Assembly: GCF_018350175.1 (NCBI RefSeq) | Contig: NC_058368.1 | Coordinates: 17,114,001 to 17,178,000, forward strand | Length of the DNA: 64,000 bases | From: Felis catus | Lineage: Eukaryota | Reading direction: 5' to 3' | Shown here: positions 13,739 to 26,357 of the stretch, one piece after another | How the letters are laid out: each line of letters starts with the position of its first letter | How positions within the stretch are numbered: position 1 is the stretch's first letter | Notes under the pieces: generated by a model | Database searches by the model: none | Told to the model about the DNA's origin: nothing | Seen by the model: the letters and a program-made list of their open reading frames with translations, nothing else | Position numbers and translations under genes: made by a program

Positions 13739-14318
13739 AAGGAAATCATTTTTAACAAACCTGACTATAGCAACTTTCTGGCAAATTTAGCTGGTGTATA
13801 TTATGTAAAACGTATAGCATGTTTATACATATACATATATTCCATGTCAGCCCCTGATTTATTTGTCACCCTTTTACCACTTGAGTTTTATAGTGTAAGG
13901 ATGTTGGTAACATTTCACACTTTCATCTTCATGTAAAATCAAGTTTCTTTGATATTGTGTGAACCAATGTATTTACCACTTTTGTGTTTGGCTGTTACAA
14001 ATATTTCATAAAATAGAACATAACTCAGCTTCTTTTTCATTTTACAGGCGTAGTATTAGGGTTGTTCGTTCAGCACATGCCATTACTGTTTTTGTATCTG
14101 GGAACTGGAACCCATTTATTAGGCATGAAGGTTCACATGGCGTAGAGAAGAACAAAGAACACTAACCTAATCTGTAGTTTTAAATATTGAAGGCATGGTG
14201 CCATCTGGTGGGAGAAAAAAAAATTAGAGGAGAAATACAAAGCACCTTGCCCCCACTGATCACAGAGGTTGCTGGGGAAAAGATAAAGGCAGGCAGGGAA
14301 AGCAGAGATCAAGTGGCA

Positions 14319-14452
14319 TTTTCTTTTTCTTCTTTTTTTTTGTTTCTTAATGTATTTTTTTTAATTTAAATTCAAGTTAGTTAACATGCAGTGTAGTATT
14401 GGTTTCAGGAGTAGAGCCCAGGAATCCCTTCCACATAACTCCCAGGGCTCAT
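14319..14452 (-). mobile_element. Very short carnivore L1 3' end
   Basis: aattcaagttagttaacatgcagtgtagtattggtttcaggagtaga; TSD AAGTG(G/C)CATTTT. Confidence 0.8.
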
Positions 14453-15443
14453 CAAGTGCCATTTTCTAACCCTCACAAATCCATTTGGTGGTGAGGACGA
14501 GGTTGTAAGGGGAGAGTTACAGACCTGTGGCCGGTCGGCTACAAACCGTGCTGTGCTGAAGGTTTCACAGATAGGAGAACTTGTTCCATCTCCTTCACCT
14601 CCATGCCTCATTTCACTCACTTGCCTTTCATCCATCCCTCCATCCATTCATTGACAACTACCCGCAAGGCACTGTTCTAAGCCAATGTCCTCGGCACCAC
14701 GGAACTTACATTCTGGTAGAAGGACATGGGCTACAACAGTTCCTTTAAGTGATTCAGTGAATGTTTCAGAGAAGAAACTGAGCGGAGCAAGGTCCCTGGA
14801 AGTGCTGGACGGAGGGAAAGTAAGGAGGAGGTGCTCCCATTTCAAGAAGAGTGTCCAAATATCTCTAAGTTTTGCCAGCGCTCAAACCAATAATTTATGG
14901 TTACACTATGGTTGGTGCATTTTTTATGATGTCTTATTCCTAAAGGTCTTTGTAAGACAGAGCAGACTGGGGTCTTGAATGACATGTATAATCACCCGTG
15001 ATCGACACAGTCACGTAAAGCAGTTCTATTGCACAATGGTGAGCTAACGGTGATACCTAATTTATAAGCTTCTAAACATGATGTACTATTCTTCTATGCT
15101 CTGTACCTTGTTATTTTTCCTAAGACTAAAGTAGTTTAGATGTCTTTCTTGCTGCCTTATTCAAACATTCACAAAATCCTCATTGAGGAATATAGTGCTA
15201 GTAAATTGCCCAATCTTTAAATATTATCATTCTTATGTCTGATACCTAACAAAGCATTTGCTATTTGAGTGTTTACCTTATAAATCTTCTAAATAAGAAT
15301 GTAACTGAATATTAGGAGAGATATCACTAAGGATGAAGATCCTAAGTAGCAAAACAAAAGACAGATTATGAATAATTTTAGCATGTTATCACATTTATAG
15401 AGTCATTATCTAATTAAGTTATGCTAGAATCTGTTTATTAGTA

Positions 15444-15670
15444 GTTTTTTAAGTTTTTGTAAATTCTAGTTAGTTAACATAAGTGTAATATTAACTTCAG
15501 GTGTACGATATAATGATTCAACATTTCCATACAATACCTGGTATTCAGCACAAATGCACTACTTAATCCCCATCACTATTTAACCCGTCCCTCCCCCCTG
15601 ACCACTTCCCTTCTGATGATAACCATCAGTTTGGTCTCTAGTTAAGAAACCAAGAAACAGACTCTTAACT
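15444..15670 (-). mobile_element. L1 3' end with a 24-bp 5' inversion
   Basis: Antisense 3' UTR up to agttaag (15646), then sense aaaccaagaaacagactcttaact. Confidence 0.8.
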
Positions 15671-15682
15671 CATACACATATC

Positions 15683-16288
15683 TTTTTTGTTTGTTTGTTT
15701 TTAGTTTTTAACTTCCAGTTAGTTAACATACAGTATAATATTAGTTTCACGTTTACAATGTAGTGATTCAACACTTCTATTTTTCCCAAGAAGACATCCA
15801 GATGGCCAACAGACACATGAAAAGATTCTCAATATCACTGATCATCAGGGAAATATAAACCAAACCACAATGAGATACCACCTCACACCCGTCAGAATGA
15901 CTAAAATCAACAAGACAAGAAACAAGTTTTGGTGAGACTATGGAGAAAAGGTAACTTTCTTGCACTGTTGGTGGGAATACAAACTGGTGCAGCCACTCAG
16001 GAAAACAGTATAGAGGTTCCTCAGAAAGTTAAAAATAGAATTAGCCTACAATCCAGCAATTGCAATACTAGGTTGCAAAGAACACAAAAAGACTAATTCA
16101 AAGGGATGCATGCAGTCTTATGTTTATAACAGCATTATCTACAACAGCCAAATTATGGAAACAGCTCAAGTGTCCATTAGCTGATAAATGGATAAAGAAG
16201 ATGTAACATATATACAATGGAATATTACTTAGCCATACAAAGGAATGAAATCTTTCCATTTGCAACAACATGGATGGAGCTAGAGAGT
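15683..16288 (-). mobile_element. 5'-inverted L1 (antisense tail 15683-15780, sense ORF2 end 15781-16288)
   Basis: T tail plus antisense 3' UTR joined directly to sense ttttcccaagaagacatccagatggcc. Confidence 0.85.
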
Positions 16289-16539
16289 TTTGTATTTATT
16301 AGTATTTATTGTAACTAGGTCCATCACTTGAAAGAACTCAGGATACAATAAATACCACTGAATATTTTGGTGATTACTTTAATCATGGGTTTGTTTGTTC
16401 CTTTATGGTTCTCCACAAAATTAGCAGTCAGACAACCTGGAAGGGAGTTTCAGCTTTGCCCATTGGTTATGACATTTTGATAGGAAACAGTTCAAGTCTT
16501 GCAGTGACCTTTGCATCTAGAAGTGACGGTAAAACTCCA

Positions 16540-16810
16540 TACTGCATAATGGTTAAGGCCATGTGTTCTAGCATTAGAAAAACCTGGGTTCTAATCCCAG
16601 CTCTGGCACATTCCAGGTGTGTGATATTGGGCATGCATTCAATCTGTCTCTACTTTAATTTCCCCAATTGTAAAAGTAAAGTAAGTTTTAAAATAATAAT
16701 TATTATTACACACGATAATATAATAAATTTAAAATCAGAAAATAATGAGATTGAATGTGACATTACATATAAAATTCTTAGCAAATCTTAGGGTAGACAG
16801 TAAATAATAA
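16540..16810 (+). mobile_element. MIR SINE relic
   Basis: gcataatggttaag...cctgggttctaatcccagctctggcac...gtgtgatattgggc. Confidence 0.75.
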
Positions 16811-17268
16811 AGGTTAACTCCATTAACCTTTCTTGAAAAGGATAACGGTGCATGTCATAGCCACTCATAAATAATACATGAATGCTAATTTAGCATCGAT
16901 GTGATTATTGTAGTGCACCAGCAATATCACATATATACCTACAACATACCCTCTCTATTCGCTAATCATCAAGACAAAGCTAAAATATGTTTCTAAGGAA
17001 ACGCAGTGGAAAATTAGTTCTTCACCTGAAAAATGTCCTAATTAATTTCTAAAAAAATAACGAAAAAAAATGAAAGCACAAAAAAGTTTATAAGGATTTT
17101 AAGTAGGAAAACTTCTATGTCCATTCTCCTAAAAGCCCTCTGCTAACCACCATAAAATGACAGCCATTCAGGAACTAAGAAGTTAGAATATGATTGGTTA
17201 ATCTCATATTTATATTCATTTTCCATTTCTCAGTCACACTTAAATTTATTGTAATAGCATTTGAAATA

Positions 17269-17328
17269 CTTTTTTTTTTTACTTTAGAGAGCGAGAGCAC
17301 AAGTGAGAGAAGGAAAGAGAGAGGAAGG

Positions 17329-17382
<54 letters not shown>

Positions 17383-17505
17383 CTTAAGCAGGCTCCACAC
17401 TCAGCACAGAGCCTGATGCAGGGCTTGATCCCACAACTCTGGGATTGTGACTACAGCCGAAATCAAGAGTTGGATGCTCAACCGACTGAGTCACCCAGGT
17501 GCCCC
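17269..17505 (-). mobile_element. CAN-SINE with long (GA)n
   Basis: Reverse-complement head cacccaggtgcccc. Confidence 0.92.
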
Positions 17506-17589
17506 TAATCCACTTTTAAACTACATTTTTAACTACTCCCAAAACCACGTGTACTCTGAATTTTTCTCTCTCTGCTCGGAATATTGTCC

Positions 17590-17915
17590 TCTCTGCACTG
17601 CCTACCACCACATGCTTATTCAACTCATGACCTTGCATATATTCTTAAATTTTTGCTTCAAATTTCACCTTCAGGATGCCTTCCTTGTTTCCCACAGGTG
17701 AAATTAAGAATTTCCTCTTCTGTCTTTCTTTAATGCTATGTGTATAACCTCAAATACATTTCCTCTTGAATTTTGATTTGTTCTCGCATGCCTTCATTCT
17801 CCCATCAGAATATAAACTTGGGAATCAGAGACCATTTCCAAGTCATTTTTGTATTTTATATGCTTATCACAACGTGTGGAACATGGTAGATGCTTATTAA
17901 ACCTTTGTGAAATAT
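17590..17915 (+). mobile_element. L2 3' relic
   Basis: cagaatataaacttgggaatcagagaccat...acatggtagatgcttattaaa resembles the L2 3' end. Confidence 0.55.
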
Positions 17916-18147
17916 CATTCAAAATGGAAAGAGGATTCTAAGACGTTAGCCAGGAAGAGGCTTTTCCCATTTATGACAAGTAAGTAATTCCTATAAGAAA
18001 GCGGTCTAACATTCAGGGCAAAATTGTTACATCCATAATTTCTAATTGTTATTTATTTTGACATAAGTGAATAGCTTAGTTCATCGACATTATTAAAGTT
18101 GAATTTTTCTTATATGCATTTTAATATTTTTTTAAAAAGCTTAACTA

Positions 18148-18276
18148 GGGGTGCCCGGTGGCTCAGTCAGGTAGGCGCCCAACTCTTGGTTTTCGGTTCA
18201 GGTCATGATCTCTTGGTTGGTGAGTTCAAGCCCCGCATGGAGCTTTGCTCTGAAAATGTAGAGCTTGCTTGGGATA

Positions 18277-18336
<60 letters not shown>

Positions 18337-18393
18337 GCCCCAACCCCGCTCGCTCTCTCTGTCTCTCTGTATAAACAAGCTTACAAAAAAAAG
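18148..18393 (+). mobile_element. CAN-SINE
   Basis: TSD AAAAAGC(T/C)TAACT. Confidence 0.93.
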
Positions 18394-18549
18394 CCTAACT
18401 GGAGAAATATAAAAGACATCAAATACCTAATTCTTTTTCTGTCTCTGAGGTTTTATACATACATAACTGCAATTTTTTTCTACATTAGATGTAGAATGAG
18501 AAAAAGAGTATGAAAGTGTAAGTGATTCAGTGACACTTTACAACATGGA

Positions 18550-19130
18550 ATTTGAAGTCGAGTTTTCCTGGCATACGCAATGTGCAGAGGCTTGCTATCG
18601 ATGACTAGCACTTATTCCCAGCGTCGGTCAGCCTCCTCTCCCTTTTGTGGGAAGGCAGCAATGTGAACGAATTCCAGCTTCATGCTTTCCAGCCGTTATT
18701 CATCGTTTTCAAACACGGTCATCCTAGACCAACCCTATCTGGAGACAGCACTCTTCAAAGGAACCAGAAGCACAGTGAGGCTTAAAATATCACTCAACAG
18801 AAAGATAATGATGCTTTGGCAAGGTTGCATGATTTGATCGTTAGCTCTTTCGTAAGTGCCACTAAGTACCTCTTTGGCCAAGCATCAGGTTTAGCAAACA
18901 ATGTGTAATTCAAATCTCCAGCGAGATTGGGCAGGAATGCGCACTGACTAATCAGGGCAGTGCAGAATGAGAAAGCAAAGCACTGTGGGTGCTCAGCTCC
19001 ACCTGCTTATCTGTAAGGCAGCTCTCCTGGGGCTGATTCGGGCCACTGCGGCCGCATGTACAGTAGCCAGAAATAGGAAATAAGTCGACTTAGGTTGCTA
19101 TCCCTGATGCCATAATTATCAGTGGTCTTT
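18550..19130. promoter_or_regulatory. Candidate cis-regulatory block (no recognisable TE, CpG-retaining)
   Basis: About 17 CpGs in ~550 bp including a NotI site; ATTGG, TGCGCAC, TGACTAA, and CACCTG next to CTTATCT. Confidence 0.3.
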
Positions 19131-19193
19131 TCTAACAGAAAATTAATTAAGTTTAACAAGGATCACAACAGCGGTTTAAAAATAGCAAGCAAC

Positions 19194-19406
19194 GGGGCGC
19201 CTGGGTGACGCAGTCGGTTAAGCGTCTGACTTCAGCCAGGTCACGATCTCGCGGTCCGGGAGTTCGAGCCCCGCGTCAGGCTCTGGGCTGATGGCTCAGA
19301 GCCTGGAGCCTGTTTCCGATTCTGTGTCTCCCTCTCTCTCTGCCCCTCCCCCGTTCATGCTCTGTCTCTCTCTGTCCCAAAAATAAATAGACGTTGAAAA
19401 AAAAAA
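19194..19406 (+). mobile_element. Young felid SINEC_Fc-type SINE
   Basis: Near-consensus; TSD AAAAATAGCAAGC. Confidence 0.95.
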
Positions 19407-19544
19407 ATAGCAAGCGTCAAACTATTAGTGAAAAGAGAATAGCCTTTCAGTGATCTTAAAGCATCCCTAGAAGGAAGGAAACTCCTCTGCGCTGGGCCCT
19501 TCACCAAGGGCACTCGCTTTCACCTTTACCAGAACACTGTACAT

Positions 19545-19680
19545 TTAGTGTTGTTGTGCCTATTTCACAGGTTGAGGAAACTGAGGCTCAGAGAAGTCAC
19601 ATATCTTTTCAAGACCTCCTGTTTGGGAGGTATCACATCTAATATTTGAACTCCAGAATCTAATTTCGTTTCCACGATAG
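19545..19680 (-). mobile_element. MIR relic
   Basis: atttcacaggttgaggaaactgaggctcagagaagt core. Confidence 0.7.
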
Positions 19681-20479
19681 CAAACACATCTTTATTTTAT
19701 TCTTGGACTTAGTATTTCTAGGTCCTATAAATCCTCCTTTCCCAATCCTAACCCGTGTTTCTGTATTCTCATTTCCTTTTCTCTTACACTTTCTAAAACC
19801 TTAGGAGAAAGAACCAACCTCATCGCATGCTTCTTATGATTTTGTCCATAACCCTCAAAACCTCCACCAAAGGTAGGTGAATTCTAGACGCTTCTTTTCT
19901 GATGTGTGCACTTTCTTGTTCTAGGAGCTCAGTTTTCGAACATGATATCAACTATGTTTCAGAGTGGACTCAGAAACAGGTAAAGAGAAAGCAGTGGCCT
20001 CCGTGGAGTTGCTTCATTGGAAAGAAGCTCTCGCCATTAGCGATGGGAGCAAAGGTGTCCTTGTTACACTTTGCTTATATTCACGTGTAAAGTGTGAAAA
20101 CTTCATCTTGTACCCAAAGCTAGTTTACCCTGGCTTTTTGCAGAAAACAAACATTTCACTTGACTTTCAGGTTATTTTTTCCTGATTCTAATTTTTCAGA
20201 CCAATGAGCAACAGCCACTAGAGAACAAATTTATGGCAAGGCCTTAAATTCCTGGAAATGTTTTCTAATTAGATGCTAGTTATACAAGATTATTTATTTT
20301 TAGATATGTACCAAGATTTGAATTTTTAGCCTCTTGATTTTAGATTACAGATAAACTAGCAATGTTTGTAATTTGCCTAACGATTCCTATCAGCTGATCA
20401 GTCTCACCACCGCCACCGCCACCTTATACCCTCCATGTACAACCCCTCCCTGAAGACTTCAGTACCTGCTGTGTTGTCT

Positions 20480-22160
20480 GTCTGTCTACCTAACTCCCGT
20501 CATCAGCCTGGCCAACAACTACCATCACTGATAGCACATATGATCCCCCAGAAAACCAGTCCTTTGATGTCCAAGGATCTTTACCTCTCTCCTCCAGTCC
20601 ACTCGAAGTACCCTGATCATGGTTTCAAACTAATGTCATCCCCCCAAAGGGCTCTTCTATATTATTCTCAAATTCAGAGCAATTACAATATACTGTAATT
20701 ACGACTATCTCATTCTATTGTTCAAACCACATCAATTCCTCTACCTCATCAACACCTCTGATTCTACTGTTTCCCCACCTAAAGTCCATACCTGTGTTTA
20801 CTTCCTTCATTTAAGCTTGGATCCCAGAGCATTTCTCCCCCCCTGGCCTGCCACTTTCCTCAACTATCTTGCCCTACTCCCATGCACAGATGCTTGTGAA
20901 ACCCCCTCTACCAGTCCTGAGGCTGCTGGGACTGAGATGAGTGTGTCTACTGACTCATGGGGCTCTGTCCTAACAGGGCCTTTCATTACCATCCTCTCCT
21001 GTCCCAGGAAGTTCTTCTTAATTGCCCTTACAGCCCTGTTTAACTTTGCTGGAACTTATTACCCAACCATCTCCCTCTCCTCCATATTTAGTTTTTTTTT
21101 TTACTTATTTATTAAATTATGAAATATTTATTGAACACCTATTATTTGCCAGACCCTAACCTCAGCAAATGGCCTCCACTCCTACCTTGCAAAGAAAATG
21201 GGTCCATTAGCGGAGTAAGTCTTCAGGTTCTTGTCATGCCACCTATGTACTGCCCAGCATTCCCACTCACCCTTCCCTTCCCCGCTTCCCTCTGTAGGAA
21301 AGGGTTCCCACCCTCATTCTATTTAAGTATCACAGACGCTTCCACCCAAAGCTGCTTCCATCCTTCCATCCATGCTTGGTTTTGTACTCCCTTAACACCT
21401 GCTCTCCTTGTCCCTAGTGTCTTCCTTTCTACTGCCTCCATGCAGCTAGCATGAAAACGTCCTCAATCTCTCTAAATTAGAAAACAAACCAAGCAAAACA
21501 AACAAACAAGCCTCTCCTGCCTGTACTTTCCATTCTGGCTACTGTCTTTCTTTCTTTTACATCAACTGACTCACTTCTAATTTACTCCTCAGCCTCCTGC
21601 AAACCAACTTCCCTTTGCATCAATTTATCATATCACTCACCGAGGTGATCAGTGTTCTCGGTGTTGATATACCTACCCATGGACACTTGATAGTGTTTAT
21701 CTTCACCCTTATGAAATGTTTGACACTCCTACCTGCTATCCCTCCCTTAACTTCAGAGACATGTTGGGCTCCTGGTTTTCTTCTCATCCTGTCAGGTTCT
21801 TGGTGGGTCCCTCATTCTCTCTGCCCTGTGCTTTGAGTTTAAAGTCCAGATCCAACATGGCAAACCTTTGTCTTCTCCCCAGGGACTCCTGGCTTCCTCT
21901 CAATCACAACACAGACCGTTTCACTTTTCCTTGTCCCCAACACCTTCCATTTTCACTTTGGTCTGGCAATGCTTACTCGTTCACCAGCATCACCTTCTCT
22001 GGGACCTTTCCCTAGACTTCCATAGCACTAATCACCCAATATTGAAATTGCCTGTCTCTCCATTGGACTCTAAACTTCTTGGAAGCTCAAATTATGAGGA
22101 ATATATCGGGTTTTTTTTTCTTTAGCACAGGACCTGGCATATAGGGGCTCAGTGATTTTA
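20480..22160 (+). mobile_element. Fragmented L2 LINE
   Basis: Pyrimidine-rich decayed sequence ending in ttggactctaaacttcttgga...gcacaggacctggcatataggggctcagtga. Confidence 0.5.
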
Positions 22161-22567
22161 AATTTATATTATTTATTAATTCTGGGCATGTATCTTTTCT
22201 CTGTACCTCAGCCAAACTTTCCTTAATACTTATACTTTCCCATAAGATATCTCAAAGATATAAGCTCCCTATTCGATGCTTAAGCATTGTTCTCTTAGAT
22301 GTAGTACTTTGTAGGTACACATTATCAACATTCAAAACAATTCAACTGGTCATAACATTATAAGAGAAGAGTAAGAAGTCAAGCTCCTATAGAGTTTAGT
22401 ATGCATGATAAATTCTATTTTAATTGAAATGTTCTCTCAAGGTCAGAGAATGAAGTCACATATTACAACATGCCACTAAGTCCTACACTAAAATAGTAGC
22501 AAACATGAAGAGACAGCCATCAGTGGAACAAAACCAACATTTCATAGCCCAAGTACACAACGGACAG

Positions 22568-23081
22568 TGTACCATTTCCTGTTGCTGCTGTAACAAAATA
22601 CCACAAGTTTAGTGACTGAAACCCACACAAATGAATCATCTTACAACTCTTTAGCTCAGAAGCCCAACTCTTTAGCTCACTGGATAAATCCAAGTGTAAG
22701 GCAAGGTTGAAGCCCTTCTGGTGGCTTTACGGGAGAATTCACATCCTTGTCCTTTCTAGCTTCTCAAGGCTGCCTCAATTCCCTGCTCAGGGACCTCTTC
22801 CTTCATCTTTAAAGCCAGCAACAAGGCATCTGTCTGATTTTCCTTCCATCAACACACCTCTTTCTCTGATAACAGCCAAAAGAGATTTTCTTCTCTTAAG
22901 GATTTATGTGATTCAATTGTCCTCACCTGAATAATTTATGATAATCCACCCATTTCAATGTCTTTAAACTTAATAATGCCTGCAAATTTCCTTTCCCATA
23001 TAAAGTAACATATTTACAGGGTTTTGGGATTAAGACATGGAGATCTTCATTTGGGAGACTATTATTTTGCATACTGCCTAC
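22568..23081 (-). mobile_element. MLT1 (MaLR) solo LTR
   Basis: tttcctgttgctgctgtaacaaaataccacaa...ccatataaagtaacatatttacagggttttgggattaagacatgga. Confidence 0.85.
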
Positions 23082-23160
23082 ATTTAGTATATATAAAAGT
23101 GATATCTCATATCAAGGATATGTGAAAAAGGATGAAAAAGGAGAAAAGGATGGATTTCTT

Positions 23161-23381
23161 TTTTTTAATTTTTTTTTTAATGTTTGTTTATTTTTGAAAG
23201 AGAGTGACAGAGTGCAAGCAGAGGAGAGGTAGAGAGAAATGGGGACACAGAATCTGAAGCAGTTTCCAGGCTCAGAGGCTCTGTCAGCACAGAGCCGGAT
23301 GCAGGGCTCAAACCCACAAACCGTGAGATCATGACCTGAGCTGAAGTCAGATGCTTAACTGACTCAGCCACCTAGGTGCCC
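23161..23381 (-). mobile_element. CAN-SINE (left member of composite)
   Basis: Complete SINE with T tail. Confidence 0.93.
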
Positions 23382-23591
23382 AATTCATTGTTCTTTTAAT
23401 CGAGAATATATTCTTCCTCACTTCTCTAGAGTGGAAATTTTACTAGACAATGAACAATAATAGCTGGAGAGTGCTTCACATGAATCAAAAGAATGAATGA
23501 ACCACAACAACAAAGTGCAAAGTTATAATCCCTATTGCAATTAACATATAGACAAAGTCCACAATGATGACAACGTTGTTCTTTTAAAAGC

Positions 23592-23766
23592 TTTTAATGT
23601 TTATTTATTTATTTTTGAGAGAGAGAAAGAGGGAGGGGCAGAGAAAGAGATAGAGAGACACAGAATCTGAAGCAGGCTCCCAATGCAGGGCTGGAACCTA
23701 TGAACCGTGAGATCATGACCTGAGCTGAAGTCGGACGCTTAACCGACTGAGCCACCCAGGCGCCCC
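23592..23766 (-). mobile_element. CAN-SINE with internal deletion (right member of composite)
   Basis: gcaggctcc|caatgcaggg lacks about 25 bp of the body; head intact. Confidence 0.92.
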
Positions 23767-24098
23767 GAGGATGGATTTCTTAATAAATGATATTGGATCA
23801 ATCATACAGACATTTGGACAAAGACAAATTATACCTGTATCTCACAGTCTCATGAGAATAAAGTCCTTAGATTAGAGCTCTAAATGTACAAACGTAAATA
23901 AATAAATCATACATATACCCCAAAATGAGAAAACATGAAAGACTGATAAATTTGACCTCATTATAGAACGTCAAAATTCAAATTACAAGAGAATACATTT
24001 TCAGTTTTCATTAGGGATAGAAAAGTTAACCTCGCTGAGATAAAAATAACTCTTAAAAATAGAAAAGAAGATGAAATTACATTAAAATTGACAAAGGA

Positions 24099-24315
24099 GG
24101 GACACCCAGGTGGCTGTCAGTTAAGCATCTGACTGTTAATCTCAGCTCAGTCCGTGATCTCCCATTTCATGAGATCGAGCCCCACTAGGGTCTTTATGCA
24201 GATGGCACAGAGCCCATTGGGGATTCTCTCTCTCCCAGGCTCTGCCCCACCCCCTGCATGGGTGCTGGCTCTTTCTCTTCTTTTCTGTATCTCTCTCAAA
24301 AGAAATAAACACTTA
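24099..24315 (+). mobile_element. CAN-SINE
   Basis: TSD ATTAAAAT(T/G)GACAAA. Confidence 0.88.
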
Positions 24316-24793
24316 ACTAATTGATTAACTAATTAAAATGGACAAAAGATATGAACACAGTTCACAAAAATAAAAGTAAAAAGTCCTAGCCATAAAGAAA
24401 AAAATTATCAGTCTCTCTCATAATTGGAAAGACATAAACTAAAATCATACTATGATATCATTTCTTTTCTACTAGGTTAAAAAATATTGAGAAACTTGGT
24501 AATGTGCTCTGTGGTAAAGCTTTAAAGTTACAAATATTCAAATGCATTCTTAGAGAAGTACAACATGATGCAAACCCGATGGAAGACAATCTGCTGATAG
24601 TTAATAAAATTATATACACATACATCCTTTGGCTTAGTAAGAATTTCTAAGAATCTACCTGAACCCCAGTTTGATGAGTGAGAAAGGACAGTGTCTAGGA
24701 AAGAAAACGGGATGTTTTCAAAGATAAATTATTAATTGTATTTAGTATGTTTCCTTTTGTGTGACACTGAAATATGTATATGTGTATAAATTT

Positions 24794-24796
<3 letters not shown>

Positions 24797-24833
<37 letters not shown>
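24797..24833. repeat. (TA)n microsatellite
   Basis: Perfect TA run. Confidence 0.95.
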
Positions 24834-24837
<4 letters not shown>

Positions 24838-25496
24838 TTGCTCAGTTTTGCTACAAAGAAACACAGGAAAGATAGATAGAAATTAATGACAATTGTCAAC
24901 CATAGGATGTGGATAGGAACCTGATGAAGGAAATAGAAGGTGAAGAAAAATCTTCTTTATACCTTTTTATATAAATTTGACTCTTAAAGTTCTAAATGAT
25001 TTACATATTGAAATATTAAAATTAAATCAAAGAGAAAAAAAAAACAAGCTCTAACATTGAGCACACTGAAAGAAATGAAGCTTGTTGTGTACAACATTGT
25101 GCATGTTATAATATGAAGTAAATGATTACAAGGAACTTGAACGTAGTACTCCATAGATCCATAGTGGGATGTATTCTGAGGATAAAATAACTCGACGCTA
25201 TGTCTTAGTGACTGCAGTGCTATTGGTACTGCACTTTGGAAAATATTCCAGTTGTATCACAGGATGAAGCAAATAAGTCAATACCATAATGTTGTTGGGA
25301 ATTCTGACTTTCAGTGTAAGAGAAAAGACATTCAAAGAAACATAAAAATTGAACTGTATTGTTAAATTGTGGTGAAAATTCATTTTTTTAAAGCATAGGT
25401 TTCCTGGCTCTATTCACAGAAAAAGCCTAGAAGCAACGACTCACCAGTAGCCACGAGCAACCCTAGCATCCAGATTTTTGTTTCTAAGTAACATTC

Positions 25497-25912
25497 GCAT
25501 TAGGTCCGATCCACTGAGAAGCAGACACCAGAGTTGGTTTCAGTGTGCAAGAGGCTTCAAGGAGGCATCAAGCCAAGATGCAGGCCTCACCTACGCAGGA
25601 GGAAGAGAAGGAGGGGAGGAAAGGGATCAGATGGGAAGAGTCTTGAACTGCTGCATGGACTGCAGCACAGAAAAGATCAGCCAGGCCAGCTGAGAGTCCT
25701 CATGCAAAGTTCAGCTGTCAGCAGAGTCTTGTATCTTGCCAGATTGAGCCTGTCTTCGTAGCCTTGCCATGCTCAGTCCTTTGATGGAAGAAGCCATAAG
25801 AAGCATGGCCTCCATTTTAGTCATGGATCCAGATGAGGAGTAACTTGTACTGTCAGCCAGTTACGTTTCCCATGGCAGGAGATTGGAGTGGTGCATTTCC
25901 ATGGCCATCACA
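25497..25912. mobile_element. Old ERVL-type solo LTR inserted in the old L1
   Basis: gcattaggtccgatccactgagaagcagacacc...catttccatggccatcaca; CATTC on both flanks, and L1 sequence resumes afterwards. Confidence 0.6.
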
Positions 25913-26138
25913 GCATTCCCCCTCGCCAAAAGGAAATTTTGGATTCTTTGGACAGATGACCGATTCCAGTTCTGGGCAGGAAAAGTAAGAAGTAAAGCTA
26001 GGATATTTTGTATCAAAAAATGAAGAAATACTCAAAGGCTACGGGGGTCATCTCTGGAAGGGCTCAGGAGCTATCCTGAAGAGGTTACCACTGACCAGAT
26101 TTGGGGTAATATGTGCACTGCCTCAAAAAGAATATTGA

Positions 26139-26348
26139 GGGGTGCCTGGGTGGCTCAGTCGGTTAAGCATCTGACTCTTGATTTCGGCTCAGGTCATCAT
26201 CTCATGATTGGTGAGTTCGAGCCCCGCATCAGGCTCTCTGCTCTCAGCACAGAGCCCACTTCGAATCCTCTGCCCCCCCACCTCTCTCTGCACCTCACCT
26301 GCTCTCTCTCTCTCTCTCTCTCTCAAAAATAAAAAAACATTGAAAAAA
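26139..26348 (+). mobile_element. CAN-SINE
   Basis: TSD AGAATATTGA. Confidence 0.93.
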
Positions 26349-26357
26349 TAGAATATT

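Noticed and set aside
9864..18913. Identical 15-mer CAATGTGTAATTCAA in two unique blocks (9864, 18899)
   Set aside because: A few 15-mer matches are expected by chance in 64 kb of AT-rich DNA.
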